The notes below the pieces were generated by a model that was not told the origin of the DNA, ran no database searches, and saw only the letters and a list, made by a program, of their open reading frames with translations. A DNA stretch of 64,000 bases from Blepharisma stoltei ATCC 30299 (taxonomy: Eukaryota > Protista > Ciliophora): NCBI GenBank assembly GCA_965603825.1, contig CBFDEM010000055.1:372001-436000 (forward strand), given 5' to 3'. Shown here piece after piece: positions 25,233-37,942 of the stretch; the first letter of the stretch is position 1; every line of letters begins with the position of its first letter. The position numbers and the translations under genes are program-made.

Positions 25233-25847
25233 TTACATATCGGAAAAAGATTCAATTTTTACATCATAAAGTGTTGCTGAGTCGCCGTCAATAACTAGCA
25301 CTGTTTTCGGCATTTTTCCTGGCTTTGCACGCGGTATCAATCTGACATCTCCTGACACATTTAAATATTTCATAATATCCGCTATGTTTTTATCAGGAAA
25401 CTCGTCTGTTGTTGTCGTGCTGGTCGGGCTTGACTCGTCTTCTTCATAAACCTCTTCAATTTTGCTTTGGGACTGATTTTCTTTTAAAAAAGAAGAATAT
25501 ACATTTCTTTGTTCTGGGGTTATTGATTTTGCCGCTTTTATAAGCGAAATCTTTTCACTGGCTTCTTCTGCCTCGATTTTGTTGTGAATTAGCTTTAGTT
25601 TCACTTGGGGAGCTGGAAAATTATTTTTGACTGTTTTTTCTATATGCAGCGGACTTTTAGAGATGTCCATAAGATTAATTTCAACTTTTGGAGGAGGAGT
25701 TTTGTTTATAGGGGATTTCAAAAGATTTTTAGGTTTTTCTGGAGACTTTATCGGGGTCGAGGAGCGCATAGGCTTTTTCTGCGCAATTGGGCTTTTACTA
25801 TGAAATTTTGTTCTGCTAGAATATGCTTCTTTAGAGATCAATGACAT
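25233..25847 (-). CDS. Ser/Pro/Lys-rich protein of unknown function
   Basis: 204-aa intact ORF with many SP/TP sites. Confidence 0.7.
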   Translation of the reverse strand: MSLISKEAYSSRTKFHSKSPIAQKKPMRSSTPIKSPEKPKNLLKSPINKTPPPKVEINLMDISKSPLHIEKTVKNNFPAPQVKLKLIHNKIEAEEASEKISLIKAAKSITPEQRNVYSSFLKENQSQSKIEEVYEEDESSPTSTTTTDEFPDKNIADIMKYLNVSGDVRLIPRAKPGKMPKTVLVIDGDSATLYDVKIESFSDM

Positions 25848-25865
25848 ATTTTTAAAGAAATTTAT

Positions 25866-27299
25866 TTAGCTAAGCGAAACGGAGTATCCTCCTTCTAGAT
25901 CACTTGCTTTATAGCCTTTTTCTTTAAGGTATTCTGCGACTGCAGGCTTTATTTTAGCAATTCCATGAGTGGAGTGCATCCCTTTCCCAGTGACCACTTC
26001 AACTCTTTTAAGCCCATCCTCTTGTGACTCATGCAAAAAAGCTTCCAGTAGCTCAATCGCTTCTTTTACCCTCAGTCCATGCAAATCAATAACGCCTGGC
26101 CTATTATTAATCCTTCTAAAAGTTTCCATATAAGTTTCATTATAAACTTTTTCAAAGGCGTCTTGGTATTTTTTCCCTTCACTGCTGAGCCTTTTTGCTT
26201 CATTCCAGTTTCCAACAGACGCTGCTTTTCCTGCTCCTTGAAAATATGCTTCTTGTAGCTTCCTATATCTATTCACAGCTTCGATTTTTTCATTATATTC
26301 TTCGTCTCTCATTCTTTCTCCATATACAATCCTGACATTTTCAGTATCGCCACGGCTAATTCTGCTTGGAGATGACTGCTGGGTTATCCTGATAACCCCA
26401 GTGTCAGGAGGAGGGTCTCTATAGTTATCAGGAAAAAGGATTTTTAGGGTGGCGACCGTTTCTTTGTAGTCATCTCCGCATTGAAAAAAAGTTTCTTTTA
26501 TTAGTTCTTCATCAACAGCTGGGAAGCATTTGAGGACGAGATTTAGCTTCCGGACTGCATCAAGGTTGTTGCCATCTAAAAAATGGTTATTAGAGAACTG
26601 GGATCAAACACCCTGAGGGGTTTTGGATTTAGGAAGAGTGCATAGGCTTGGGAAGGCTTGGTCTTTAGGCTTAGCAGATTTAGATGAAGGCGAGTTTTTG
26701 CGTTCTTCAGGAATGTGGCTGTTTGGATAGGATTCATTTAAAATTCTTACAGTCTCATAAAAATTCCCATTGTTGCCATAAAAAGTTTTATTAATAACCT
26801 CACGAGCCATATTCGGGAAAATGCCATATATCATTTCAAGCCCTTCAGCGTCTAGTCTACGTCTCAATGCTTGACTATTAACATACCCAATCGCGCTATT
26901 TCCAAACTCGTTTTCTTCTTCAGGTGCCTCTTCTTCTTTATTCCCTTCAACTAGCATTTCTTTGTTAGCTTCAATAAGAAATGCTGTCGTTTTCTCGATG
27001 TTTTCTTCACAGGATTGGTAAACTTCTTGGATCATTTCAGCACTGTTCTGACCAAACATGCCTTGTAAAAAGTCCATTGCTTGCTCTTGAGGACTTTGAA
27101 CTGTCTGTAGAATTTCTAAAGTTGACTCGAAATTACATTTTTGATCATTATAAGTAGATTCAATTTGTTCAATAGATAAATTTGAGAAGATTTCTCGAAG
27201 TTGTGAGAGTTCTCTTTTTTGCTTTGCTGAAGGCTTTTTTTGCTTTATGCAAGCCAAATCAATTTTTCCAGGCATCTTACCATAGTTACCGTATTTCAT
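25866..27299 (-). CDS. CUE-repeat + DUF1771 + Smr endonuclease (Cue2/N4BP2-like), 477 aa
   Basis: CUE-like repeats (LREIFSNL, IYGIFPNM, LKCFPAV). Smr motifs IDLHGLRVKEA and VVTGKGMHS. Joined at the TGA at 26604. Confidence 0.88.
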
Positions 27300-28031
27300 T
27301 TTATAGTAAAAAGATTGCGTATCTGGTACTTTGTAGAGATTTAAATAGAAATTTTTAAAGAAATGATAAAATTTATGTAGTTATAAATTATATATGATTA
27401 AATAAAAAAAAATTTTAAATTTATCCCTTTCAGCATTCAGATTTACAAAGCCTAGTTTTATTATAATTTTAAAGAAAGTGGAAATATAAATTAAAGTGGG
27501 TTTTGATATAAAATTGGTCTTGACAGAGCAGATTTGTCTAAAAATACGAAACCTTCCATATATGGAGTTTTTTATTCTATTTCTGGCATCGTCTTTAGTT
27601 TAAAAACTAATTGCCTTTTCACATCCCGACAGCTTCTTAAATGCGTTTAGAGTCCTTAACTGTGATCCTCCAAAACATTTCTTAGCTTATTCCTCATATT
27701 TATAATTCATTATCCCTTTGACCTACCCAATCTCCAAGATAACCAACAAAATTCAAAGATTTCCTTTCTCTCTTCATCCCATAATCAATGCATCCTTTTT
27801 CCCTCCATCAATCCACACAAGACTTGCAATTTTAAACCATAATTAATCCTAATTCTCAGGCATTCAGTAAATCCTTTTCTTTCTCTGCCTTCCTCCCACA
27901 ATTCACATTAATATTTTTCTACTACTTATACATTCATTTTAGCATGATCTTCTCTCATACTTTGAGTACTTAGAACCTTTATTCATTTCTGAGGCCTTTT
28001 GGCATAATTCCAATAGTGGCTAATAATAAAT

Positions 28032-29372
28032 ATGAAAGGCACCGAAGAAGAACTCCCTGACTACAACGAAAGTGATGCTGAACAAGAGGAAGCCAAAGGA
28101 CCCAAAACTCGAGTGAAAAAGAGTGGGTTTTCAGGCATCCATTCAGCTGGCTTTTCAGAGTTCCTCCTCAAAGAAGAACTTATCAACGCCATTCACGAAT
28201 GCGGCTTTGAACACCCTAGTGAAGTTCAGCAAGAAGCCCTACCACAAGCTATGAACGGCTGCGACATTATTTGCCAAGCCAAAAGTGGGATGGGAAAGAC
28301 CGCGGTCTTTGTGTTGGCGGTCCTACATCAGCTGGAAACCCCTGTAGAGCCGGTCAGTGTGTTGGTACTTGCACATGTGCGTGAACTTGCTTTTCAGATT
28401 AAGCGCGAGTTTGACAGGTTTTCTAAGAGACTTGATGGTGTCAGAACTGAAGTCTTCTATGGAGGTGTTCCACTGAGTGAGCAAGTTGCAGCTTTAAAAA
28501 ACCCACCTGCCATTATTGTCGGCACTCCAGGGCGTATTTTAGCTCTTGCACGCAAGGGGACTTTGAAATTAGACAAAATTAGGTATTTCATTATGGACGA
28601 GTGTGACAAAATGCTAGAAAAGCTTGACATGAGAAGCGACGTCCAGCACATCTTCCGCATGACTCCTCACGAAAAACAAGTCATGATGTTTAGCGCCACA
28701 ATGAACAAAGAAATCCGCAACGTTTTCAGAAAATTCGCCCAAAACCAAGTCGAAATTTTCATTGACGACGAGACCAAGCTGACTTTACATGGCTTACAGC
28801 AGTATTATGTCAGACTCAGCGAAAACGAGAAAAACAGAAGGCTCATTGACTTGTTAGACGCACTTCAGTTCAACCAGGTCGTCATTTTTGTGAAAAGTGT
28901 CAGCAGAGCTATTGAGCTTAACAAGATTTTGGTAGAATCCAGCTTCCCAAGTACAGCTATACATGCAGGACTGAATCAAGAAGAAAGGTGAGTTTCTAGC
29001 TAGAATCAACCGTTTCAAGGCATTTAAAGACTTCAACAAGAGAGTTATGGTGGCTACAGACGTCTTTGGAAGAGGAATTGATATAGAAAGAGTCAACATT
29101 GTGGTCAACTATGACATGCCGCAGAGAGAAGAAAAGACTGATGCCAGAGAAAACAATGCGTCGAATACTTATTTGCATAGAGTAAATGTTATTGTAGGTC
29201 GGTAGAGCCGGCAGATTTGGTACTAAAGGATTGGCGATATCCTTTATTTCAAGCGATGAAGACACTCAAGTGCTAAACGAGATACAAGAGAGATTCGAGA
29301 TTGCAATTAACGAGCTCCCAGCAACAATCAACATTTCTAGCTACAGTATTTTTAACTTCAGTGAACACTTAA
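28032..29372 (+). CDS. UAP56: DECD-box RNA helicase UAP56/Sub2, three 16-nt introns
   Basis: [25 protein letters not shown] and [10 protein letters not shown]. The spliced C-terminus reads [11 protein letters not shown]...[20 protein letters not shown]...SSYMNT*. Confidence 0.95.
28988..29003 (+). other. 16-nt intron GTGAGTTTCTAGCTAG
   Basis: Removal restores the frame EER-INRF. Confidence 0.9.
29182..29197 (+). other. 16-nt intron GTAAATGTTATTGTAG
   Basis: Removal restores helicase motif VI HRVGRAGR. Confidence 0.92.
29346..29361 (+). other. 16-nt intron GTATTTTTAACTTCAG
   Basis: Removal gives the UAP56-like end SSYMNT-TAA. Confidence 0.75.
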
Positions 29373-29447
29373 CAAGTAACCTAAAGACTACTTTCATGCA
29401 AATTTATTATCTTTTAAATAATGTAAAATTAATATTCAAACTTTTAA

Positions 29448-30938
29448 TTATGCGGATAATTGCTCACTAGTTTTCGAGCCTGGGGGAGTTATTCCTAGCC
29501 CTTGAGCAACTCTTGTGCCATACTCTGGATCACATCTGTAAAAGATTTCGCACTGCCTCTCAAGGATTTCTTTTTTTGTCACCATTTTCATATGAGCTAC
29601 CAAATTACTGATTAAATCTTCTCTTTCCGCGTCATCCATTACTTTCCTAAATAATGTTGTAGCCTGTTCAAAATCATCATTTGGATGGTTAAACCCGAAC
29701 CTCCCCGCTTTCCCACTTATTTCATATTCGTGCATTTTAGCGTTTGGGGCTTCTCTTGGGGTCCCTTCTATTGAATTCGGCTCATAAGCCGGCTCATTTC
29801 CATGGTTTCCGTCATATCGCATAGGGCCATCTCTATTTAAGGTTGCGACTTTGGTAGCATATGGGCAGTTTATAGGAATCTGCGTGAAATTTGGCCCAAT
29901 TCTATGCCTTTGGGTATCTTGATAAGAAAAAAGTCTAGCTTGCAGCATTTTGTCATTTGAGGGCTCGATTCCTTCTACCATTGATGCAGGATTAAAGGCA
30001 GACTGTTCGACTTCTTGGAAATAGTTAATAGGATTTCTATTTAAAACTAGCTTCCCAACAGGAATTAATGGATAATCACTATGTGGCCATACTTTTGTGA
30101 CATCAAAAATATCCCATTTATACCCTTCTCCCTCAGCAAAAGGCATTACTTGTATATAAAACGTCCATGAAGCTTCATTTCCTTTAGCAATATGATCATA
30201 CAAGTCGTGTGTGGAATAGTCAGGGTTATCTTCAGCTAATTTACTTGCTGCAGGCCATTTAAGATTATGGATTCCAGCGTCAGATTTCACATGGAATTTT
30301 ACATAAAAAACTTCATGATTGGAGTTCACCATTTTAAAAGTGTGAGAACCATAGCCATTCATATGCCGATACCCATCTGGGGTTCCTCTGCCGCCAAACA
30401 TATAGGTTATTTGATGTATGGACTCTGGAGTTAGGCTTAAAAAATCCCAATACGCGTCATGGTCTTTTAAGTTTGTTTGGGGATTTCGCTTTTGAGAGTG
30501 AATAAAATCGAAAAATTTTAATGGATCTCTGACGAAAAAAACAGGGGTATTGTTGCAGACTAAATCCCAGTTCCCTTCTTCTGTATAGAACTTAATAGCA
30601 AATCCTCTGGGATCTCTTCAGGTGTCTGGAGTCCCTCTTTCTCCAATGACAGTGGAAAATCTTACAAAAGCTGGAGTTCTTTTGCCGATTTTATTGAAAA
30701 TTTTGGCTTTGCAGTATTTTGAGATGTCGTGAGTGACTTCAAAATATCCATGAGCACCAGCACCTTTGGCATGCACTACACGCTCTGGAGCACGCTCATG
30801 ATCAAAAGCGGCCATTTTCTCTAATAGGTAGAAATCAGATAAAAGTATCGGACCTCTTTCTCCTGCAGTTAATGAGTTTTGGTTGCTGTCTATTCTGCGT
30901 CCTGTGCTTGTGGTTAAAACCTTTTTCTTTTCCTCCAT
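29448..30938 (-). CDS. CAT: Monofunctional heme catalase (496 aa)
   Basis: [22 protein letters not shown][W=TGA]RDPRGFA and RLFSYQDTQ. Confidence 0.95.
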
Positions 30939-31087
30939 TTAATTATGTGATTTCTGATTTATAAATGTCAGGCAAAATTAAAGCCATTTATTTTCATTTT
31001 GCATTAATATAGAAAATTAAAGAAATTATTAGATTGATTTTTTAAAAAAACAATACAGCAAAATTACTTAATAAAATCAATTTATTT

Positions 31088-32602
31088 TTAACGGACGATA
31101 AAAAGTTCGGTTAGCCTAAAATTCTCAGTATCAAATGAATATAAGTTGTCTATTCCCCAAGATATTAAATTTATGGTTGGAGGTGTGTTTGAAAAGAAAT
31201 AAAGTTTATTTCCATAGTCCAACGGCTTGCAAGGTGTATATAAAACCAAGTCTACACCCATTGTTGTAACTAATGTTATCTTATTTTCAACTAAATCTAT
31301 CTTATAAAGCTCATTTCTAATAAACATATAAACGTCTCCTTTATAGAGATACATGCTTGTCCTGCACGTTTTTTCAGGTAAAGCAATAGGAATAGTATAA
31401 AATTGAAGCTCTTTTGGATCAAAAACCTCTATATGAGTAGAATTTCCGACTATATAGATTTTATCCCCAATTACTACAGCTGAAACATGGCAATGCGGCA
31501 TATTCATATTAGGAAGCAGCTCCCATACTTTTGTGACCAAAGAATACCTTTCAGCTGTTTGAATTGGGCCTCTATGTTTTCCTCCAAATGCATAGACATA
31601 ATTTTTATGATAACAAACCCCATGGAATTGTCTTGGAAACTGCATTTTTGCAATGGCATCAATTTTTTGTGTGGCTGGGTTTATTAATGCCGCATCCCTC
31701 ATCACGTTTCCACTTTTCCCTCCACATATCAACACACTGTCATCTGGCAGTGTACACAAGGCACTTCTATGATAAAAACTTGCCCCATTGATTTTTACCG
31801 ACCTTAATTTGCCTTCATTTGGGTCATATTTTACCAGCCTATTTGTGTCTCCTTTCGGGAACCAAGTTTCCCCGAAACTGTTTTCAAATCCATCATAAAA
31901 GAGCATAGAAATTCTTTTCAAGCTCTCCATTGTATTTGTTATGTCAACTTTAAAGTATATTTTTCTAAGTCTGTTATACTCAGCATCATTTTCGCAGTTT
32001 TCCATCCTGAATATAAATTTGCTGACCCAGTTCTCGTTTTCTTTCATCCTTGCGTTCATCAAATTTGCCCTGGCTTTTAAAATTTCTTCTTCTACCCTTA
32101 AAACTTCATCAATTTTTTCTTTAATTATAATTTCTACTTGTTCATGAAGAGTTTCTTTAGCTTTTATTAGCTGTTCTTTATATATTTCTATTTGCCTTAG
32201 ATTTCACAATATTTGTTCTTGAGTCTTGTCAATAATTTTTTTCCTCGTTGTGAATTTCGCCACATCATCTCCTGACTGTAACAAATCATAATTTTCTACA
32301 GGCTCAAAACAGTGAGATGTGCTTGGGTCTTTGTCAATATGCACTATTCTGCAGCTCCTACACAAAAACATGCTCCGTCCTTTACAAAGACAGATGAATT
32401 GGGGCTCCCCGTTGCAAATTTCACATGATGAGTTACCTTCATAGCCACTTTGAGGAATTGGTGTTTGGATGTGGACTGAGATAGGATTTTGAGCAAAATG
32501 AACTGGAAGACAAATAGTACAGAGCATCACAGAGCCATTATCGCAATGACAGAGAAGGGTAGCTTCATTTCCACATCCATTACAGATATGACCCGATTCC
32601 AT
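31088..32602 (-). CDS. Cys-rich (B-box-like) repeats + coiled coil + Kelch propeller (504 aa)
   Basis: Three CxxC...CxC...CxxC..H units or partial units; Kelch YVYAFGG...ERYS...W; joined through two TGAs. Confidence 0.85.
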
Positions 32603-32944
32603 TTTGAAATAATTATAAATAATATCTAATTTGGGGTTTCCTGCATCCTTAGAAAAATTCTATATAAAAGAATTTTCATAGCAGATTCATATAGTCAAAA
32701 TGAGAAAGTATTAATAATTTTTGTATAACAGCCAATTATTAATTCACTGATAAGATCTCATATTTTCATTTATTTTAAAAAATTAATACGATTTTCAGCT
32801 ACCACTGCCTTATATATGAAATCCAAAATTCTGACGCAAAATCGTCTTCAAATATAGTTGTATAAATTTAGCAAATGAATTACAGCAGCACTGCTTTAAG
32901 AATCTGATTACTTACAATGCATTGCTACATTTTTTATAAGCTAT

Positions 32945-33205
32945 TTACATTTCTGCTTCATTTTCTGCTTCTTTTTCTTTGATTTTCTGCTTTTTTCGCT
33001 CCTCAAACTCCGGGATTGCAGGGAAATCTACCCCAAGCCTCTTCTTGAAGTCGCTAGGCTCACTTAAGCCAGGTCTGGGGAGAATCTTGCTCTCAGGCCT
33101 GTGCTCTCTGACTATTCTATTCATTGTGATTCCTTGGCGATTTATAAGCTGCCCAGGACTGACTTCTTCTTCTAGTTTTCGTAAAAATCCTTCGCGACTA
33201 TTCAT
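32945..33205 (-). CDS. Small hydrophilic protein of unknown function
   Basis: 86-aa ORF with AT-rich start context and coding-like composition. Confidence 0.6.
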   Translation of the reverse strand: MNSREGFLRKLEEEVSPGQLINRQGITMNRIVREHRPESKILPRPGLSEPSDFKKRLGVDFPAIPEFEERKKQKIKEKEAENEAEM

Positions 33206-33968
33206 TATTTATTTATGGTGGATAAATGGTATTCGGCAATAAAGTTACAGCGAAATGTAACAAAATAAAGAATGTGCCGTTGAAATAAGGCATGATTTAG
33301 CTGCGAAAACAATTTGGAAAAAATTGTTTAGGAAATTGAGCTCAGGATGAGTAAGTTAGAAAAATAAGAAAATTTTTTATATTGGGAAAATTAATGATTA
33401 TGGGCCAGGGTGCCTAATATTTTGTGTAATTATTGTAAAATGTGGGAATTTGAAGAAAAATTGTGAAATCTGTGCGTTGAAAAGTAAAGTATATAGTTTT
33501 TGGTAAATGGCAGGTATCGTAACAAAATTTTAAGACACAATAAAATGGAGTATTTTAGGCTTATTTATTCAGTTGAGCTTGGTAAATGATTGACCCCTAA
33601 TAATTAGAAGATTCACATTTTTGATAGCAAAGATCACTATTTTTTGCTTATCATAGATAAAGGCGTATTTTTAAAGGCAATTTCTGAATGAATCGTATTC
33701 ATTATAAATAATTAACCGAACCCTGCTAAATTTTATATTAAATGAACTGATTCAAGGCCACATTTAATATCCAAAGACCAATCTCTATTAGTTTTCTGCT
33801 TTAAACTCGATTCCTCCTTTCTATATTCTTATCATCGAATCAATATTTAATCTTATCTTTAATTGCTTCCATATAATTATTCTTTCCTTCAGCCTTCTTA
33901 TTAATATAAAAATCTCCCTAATCTTTTTCAGCATATTTATCTAGTCTCTCTCTATATAAAAAACTGAA

Positions 33969-34766
33969 ATGGAAGACCCAGCCAACAACTACGACCACAA
34001 AGAAAAAGCCATCATAGATGAAAGAATAAAAGAACTGACCCACAACCATGACGAATACATCCACAACCACCCAGAACTCCAGCAAATCCTCAATGATTTC
34101 GTAACTGAAGTTTTGCTTCACAAACCCCAGGACACAATTCTTTTTGCACGCGAATTTTTCTCAAAATTCAACCCTACCCCAGTCCTCAACAAGCCTCTTG
34201 CCATAATTGGTCCTTCAGGCGTCGGCAAATCTACCCTTATAAAAGCTTTGACTGAGCAATTTCCAGGGGTTTTTGAATTTTCTATATCCTTTACTACCAG
34301 AAACCCCCGAGGCCAAGAAAAGAACGGGGTTGAGTATTATTTTATTACAAAAGAAGAATTTATGTCAAAAATTGATGCTGGAGACTTCATTGAATGGGCT
34401 GAGGTCCATGACCACTTTTATGGGACTTCTAAAAGTGTTATAGACGATATTTATTCCAGAGGAAAAGTGTGTATTTTAGATATCGATGTACAAGGCGCTG
34501 TTAAGATTTTCCAATCAGGGCTGGAATTTAATAGAGTTTTTGTGATGCCGAAATCTATGAAGTCGTTAGAAGATAGGCTTAGAGGGAGAGGCACTGAAGA
34601 TGACAATATTTTGAGAGTCAGACTGAGGAATGCTCAAACTGAAATAGAAACTGCAAGGGAAAACCCTAATATTTTCAAAGATTTTATCACAAATGACGTA
34701 TTTGAGCAGGCTTATAAAGACTTTTTGCATTTGATTTATAGATATTATGAGCATTTGAGAAGCTAA
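33969..34766 (+). CDS. GUK1: Guanylate kinase with N-terminal RIIa/Dpy-30-like docking domain
   Basis: GPSGVGKS, TTRNPRGQEKNGVEYYF and LDIDVQG. The N-terminal HPELQQILNDFVTEVLLHKPQD resembles a D/D domain. Confidence 0.92.
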   Translation: MEDPANNYDHKEKAIIDERIKELTHNHDEYIHNHPELQQILNDFVTEVLLHKPQDTILFAREFFSKFNPTPVLNKPLAIIGPSGVGKSTLIKALTEQFPGVFEFSISFTTRNPRGQEKNGVEYYFITKEEFMSKIDAGDFIEWAEVHDHFYGTSKSVIDDIYSRGKVCILDIDVQGAVKIFQSGLEFNRVFVMPKSMKSLEDRLRGRGTEDDNILRVRLRNAQTEIETARENPNIFKDFITNDVFEQAYKDFLHLIYRYYEHLRS

Positions 34767-34820
34767 ATTATTTAAAATTTTAAATAGGCCGTTAATCTGT
34801 TAATTAAAAATTGGAACGAG

Positions 34821-35768
34821 ATGAATTCTAAAGTTACTAATATATTAGAAGACAAGGAAAACCCGAATTTAAAAGACAAGCCACGAGCATCTTTTGGTAA
34901 TTCTCGTTCATTTGGAACTGATATTACAAGAGTGGCTCTACATCCCATAGATCCTGATAAAGAGGATGAAATTGATCCACAGCGACTTGGGGACTATGCA
35001 AAAGAAATATTTTCTTACCTTTTTACTATTGAAGACCAATATCTCCCTCAATATGGCTACATGAAATCTCAAGCTGACATCAATGAAAAGATGAGAGGAG
35101 TCCTCATTGATTGGCTTGTTGGGGTCCATCTCAAATTCAAGCTGCTCCCAGAAACCTTGTTTTTATGTGTCAATGTCCTTGATAGGTACCTTGAAAAAGT
35201 TTCTGTACTCCGAGGCAAGCTTCAGCTTGTAGGGGTCACTGCAATGCTAATTGCCAGCAAATATGAAGAAATTTACCCACCAGAAGTAAAAGATTTTTCG
35301 TGGATTACTGATAATGCGTACACTAAAGAAGAAATTCTGGTGATGGAAAGAGAAATTTTAAGGAGTTTGAATTTCAATGTGACCGTTGTAAGCTCTTTGA
35401 AATTTTTAGATAGGTTTGCGAGGGTTTCTGAGATGAGCCAAAGGTGTTATCATATGGCGAGATATATAATGGAGCTTGCAATAGTTGAATATAAAATGAT
35501 TAGGTATAAGCCTTCAATTGTTGCGGGATCTGCTGTGTATCTTGCAAATAAAATTATGAATAATGATTGCATTTGACCACAAGCGCTTATAAAAAATTCG
35601 CCGTATAGGGGAAATGAGCTGAAGCCATGCGCAAGAGAATTATGTGTGCTAGTACAAGGAGCTGAGAGATGCTCACTGCAAGCTGTGAGGAGGAAATTTT
35701 CAGCTCAAAATTACTCAGAAGTATCAAAAATTGATATTGTTATGGCAAGGCAAGAAAATAAAGAATAG
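34821..35768 (+). CDS. Mitotic B-type cyclin (315 aa)
   Basis: MRGVLIDWL and KYEEIYPP, plus a KEN box. CI[W]P is read through at the TGA at 35574; ends AVRRKFS...TAG. Confidence 0.93.
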
Positions 35769-36152
35769 GTTGTTTAATTTAAAACTGTTATTACCAATTA
35801 AACTATAGAAAAATTATTTTATGATAAATTAGACATTAGACTAGCTATTTTTTAAAATTATAATTAAATTTCCATTATATAGCATGCCTTATATGTCGCC
35901 TAATTCTTTTATAGATCTATGAAAAAGCTCTAAATGACAGCAATTTTTGACAGATTTTTAGGAAATTGGGTTACTCAGTACCCACAAGAAGCAGCAAAAT
36001 GTAAGATTTCAAATGATGTTTTTTGATGAAGTTTTGGCGTGATCTAAAAAGCTTTAATTAGTATGCTGCAAGGATATTAAGGGACTAAATAGAATAAATA
36101 ATAAATAAAATCATGAAATAATGAAATTATTTTAATGTTAAATTGATAAAAT

Positions 36153-37094
36153 ATGAAGCCAACTATTACAAAAGGTCTTTATAAATCTCTAAGAGAGCTT
36201 CCTCCTAATGAACTTGTAATGAATCTGATCGAAATTTCTAAGCAGCACAAAGCAGTCATGGGAGGCGGCATCAGAGAAAGCATTTTAAAAAGCTTTGAAG
36301 ACCTCATCAACGAAAACAAGCTGAAAAACCTAGATTTCGCTCGCTTAGCCAATATCCCTAAACTATGTGATCGAATTGAGCTATATAACGTTCAATTCTA
36401 CATGATTATTGCTAATGAGATCCAAAACAAGTTGCATCAATGCAATGATAAAGTTTTCTATTATCTTTCTGATATTGCTTATTATTACACCAATTTCAAG
36501 CACTTCATGAACCCATCCTTCTACCGCTCTTTAGAAAATCACGCATTATCTTTAATTGATAAAGCGGCACTTAACAATATTATATCAGTTTCAGTAAACT
36601 TAAACAAAAATATTGAGTTAAGTGATGACTGGATTGCTGCATTTGAAAAAAATTATATAAGCAAACACCAAACAGTTGGGGTAAAAGATTTAGGGCTCAT
36701 TGGAACTTTTCTGACTAGCTGTCCGAGTGTTGGAAAAAATGAAAAATTCAATGAAGCATTCTTAGGAGATGTGAGAACTTTGAAAGATAACTTGTGGATG
36801 ATAAATATAGCACAAGTGGTGGGAGGGATTGGAAAAAAAGGAATTAAATGTGATGAACTTATTGAGGATCTGCATAAAAAAGCGATTGAGATGATACCAA
36901 AATCGCAACCTACAGTTGTGAAGGAGGTGGGGAGAGCTTTTGAAGCGTTTGATAGGCAATTGGAGGTACCGTTTTACACACATGTGAGACATGCACATCA
37001 GAAGACTGAAAGTAACACAATTAAGAGAAATATTAGGTTCTTGGAAGAACAATATGATTACGGGGCGTATTCATCTGGGAGTGAGGATAGATAA
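36153..37094 (+). CDS. Alpha-helical repeat protein of unknown function
   Basis: 313-aa intact ORF with amphipathic helical repeats. Confidence 0.7.
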   Translation: MKPTITKGLYKSLRELPPNELVMNLIEISKQHKAVMGGGIRESILKSFEDLINENKLKNLDFARLANIPKLCDRIELYNVQFYMIIANEIQNKLHQCNDKVFYYLSDIAYYYTNFKHFMNPSFYRSLENHALSLIDKAALNNIISVSVNLNKNIELSDDWIAAFEKNYISKHQTVGVKDLGLIGTFLTSCPSVGKNEKFNEAFLGDVRTLKDNLWMINIAQVVGGIGKKGIKCDELIEDLHKKAIEMIPKSQPTVVKEVGRAFEAFDRQLEVPFYTHVRHAHQKTESNTIKRNIRFLEEQYDYGAYSSGSEDR

Positions 37095-37189
37095 ATATTT
37101 ATAATTTATTTTATAGATCATTTTTGCAAATAAATATTCTAAATATCTATTTTAATCTGCTGAATCTTATAAAAAATCAAATTATTCAA

Positions 37190-37717
37190 TTAAACCTGCC
37201 CAGAAGGCTTCTCTAACAACGCGACAATATCCTGCTCAAAGCTCAATGGGTTTGTCCTCGGGCCATAATAATTCACAATATTCCCTTCTTTATCTATCAA
37301 AAATTTACCGAAATTCCACCCAATTCTTTTTCCTTTAAGCTTGCTTTTCTGCCTTAAAAACTTATACATTTCACAAGCTTTTTTACCATTGACCTCCACT
37401 TTGGAGAATAAATCGAATTTTGCGTTAAGGAAATTTCTCACATGGTCTTTTATTTCTTCATGGCTGCCTGATTCCTGCCAAAAGAATTGATTACAAGGGA
37501 AGCCTAAAATGCATAACGCTTTTTCTGCATAGCGCGAATATAAATCGTTAAGTTGGGCATAATTTTTAGTAGTTAGTCCACACCCACAAGCTACGTTTAC
37601 AATTATCATGACTTTTCCTCTGTATTGGGCAAGGCTGACTGGATTGCCATCTATGTCATTCATAGTGAATTCATATATTGAGCTTTGCTGAACTGGTTCG
37701 CTGCTAGTGCACCCCAT
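37190..37717 (-). CDS. GPX: Cys-type glutathione/thioredoxin peroxidase, copy 1
   Basis: VNVACGCG, LGFPCNQF and WNFGKFL; N-terminal MGCTSS. Confidence 0.93.
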   Translation of the reverse strand: MGCTSSEPVQQSSIYEFTMNDIDGNPVSLAQYRGKVMIIVNVACGCGLTTKNYAQLNDLYSRYAEKALCILGFPCNQFFWQESGSHEEIKDHVRNFLNAKFDLFSKVEVNGKKACEMYKFLRQKSKLKGKRIGWNFGKFLIDKEGNIVNYYGPRTNPLSFEQDIVALLEKPSGQV

Positions 37718-37942
37718 TTTATTTATACAAGAATGATATTATGCCACTTTATTAGAGAAAATAAAAAGACTTCTAGAATAGGCATTTAATTTTTTGAATT
37801 ATTTATTAAGAAAATTTTTATTATAAAAGACTAAATAAAATCAATAATAATTTAGGTAGCAATATTTGAGGATTCAGTGCGATCAAATAAAAAATATTTA
37901 GAAATTCTTTAAAATATTTAATTGAGTCTATTATCTAAATTC

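Noticed and set aside
35880-36100. Coding-like sequence upstream of the 313-aa gene
   Set aside because: The frames I read end in TAA/TAG within ~25 codons and show no recognisable motif.
37560-37600. Selenocysteine in GPx or at other TGA sites
   Set aside because: The GPx active sites use TGT, and the TGAs I could align fall on Trp columns, not Cys.
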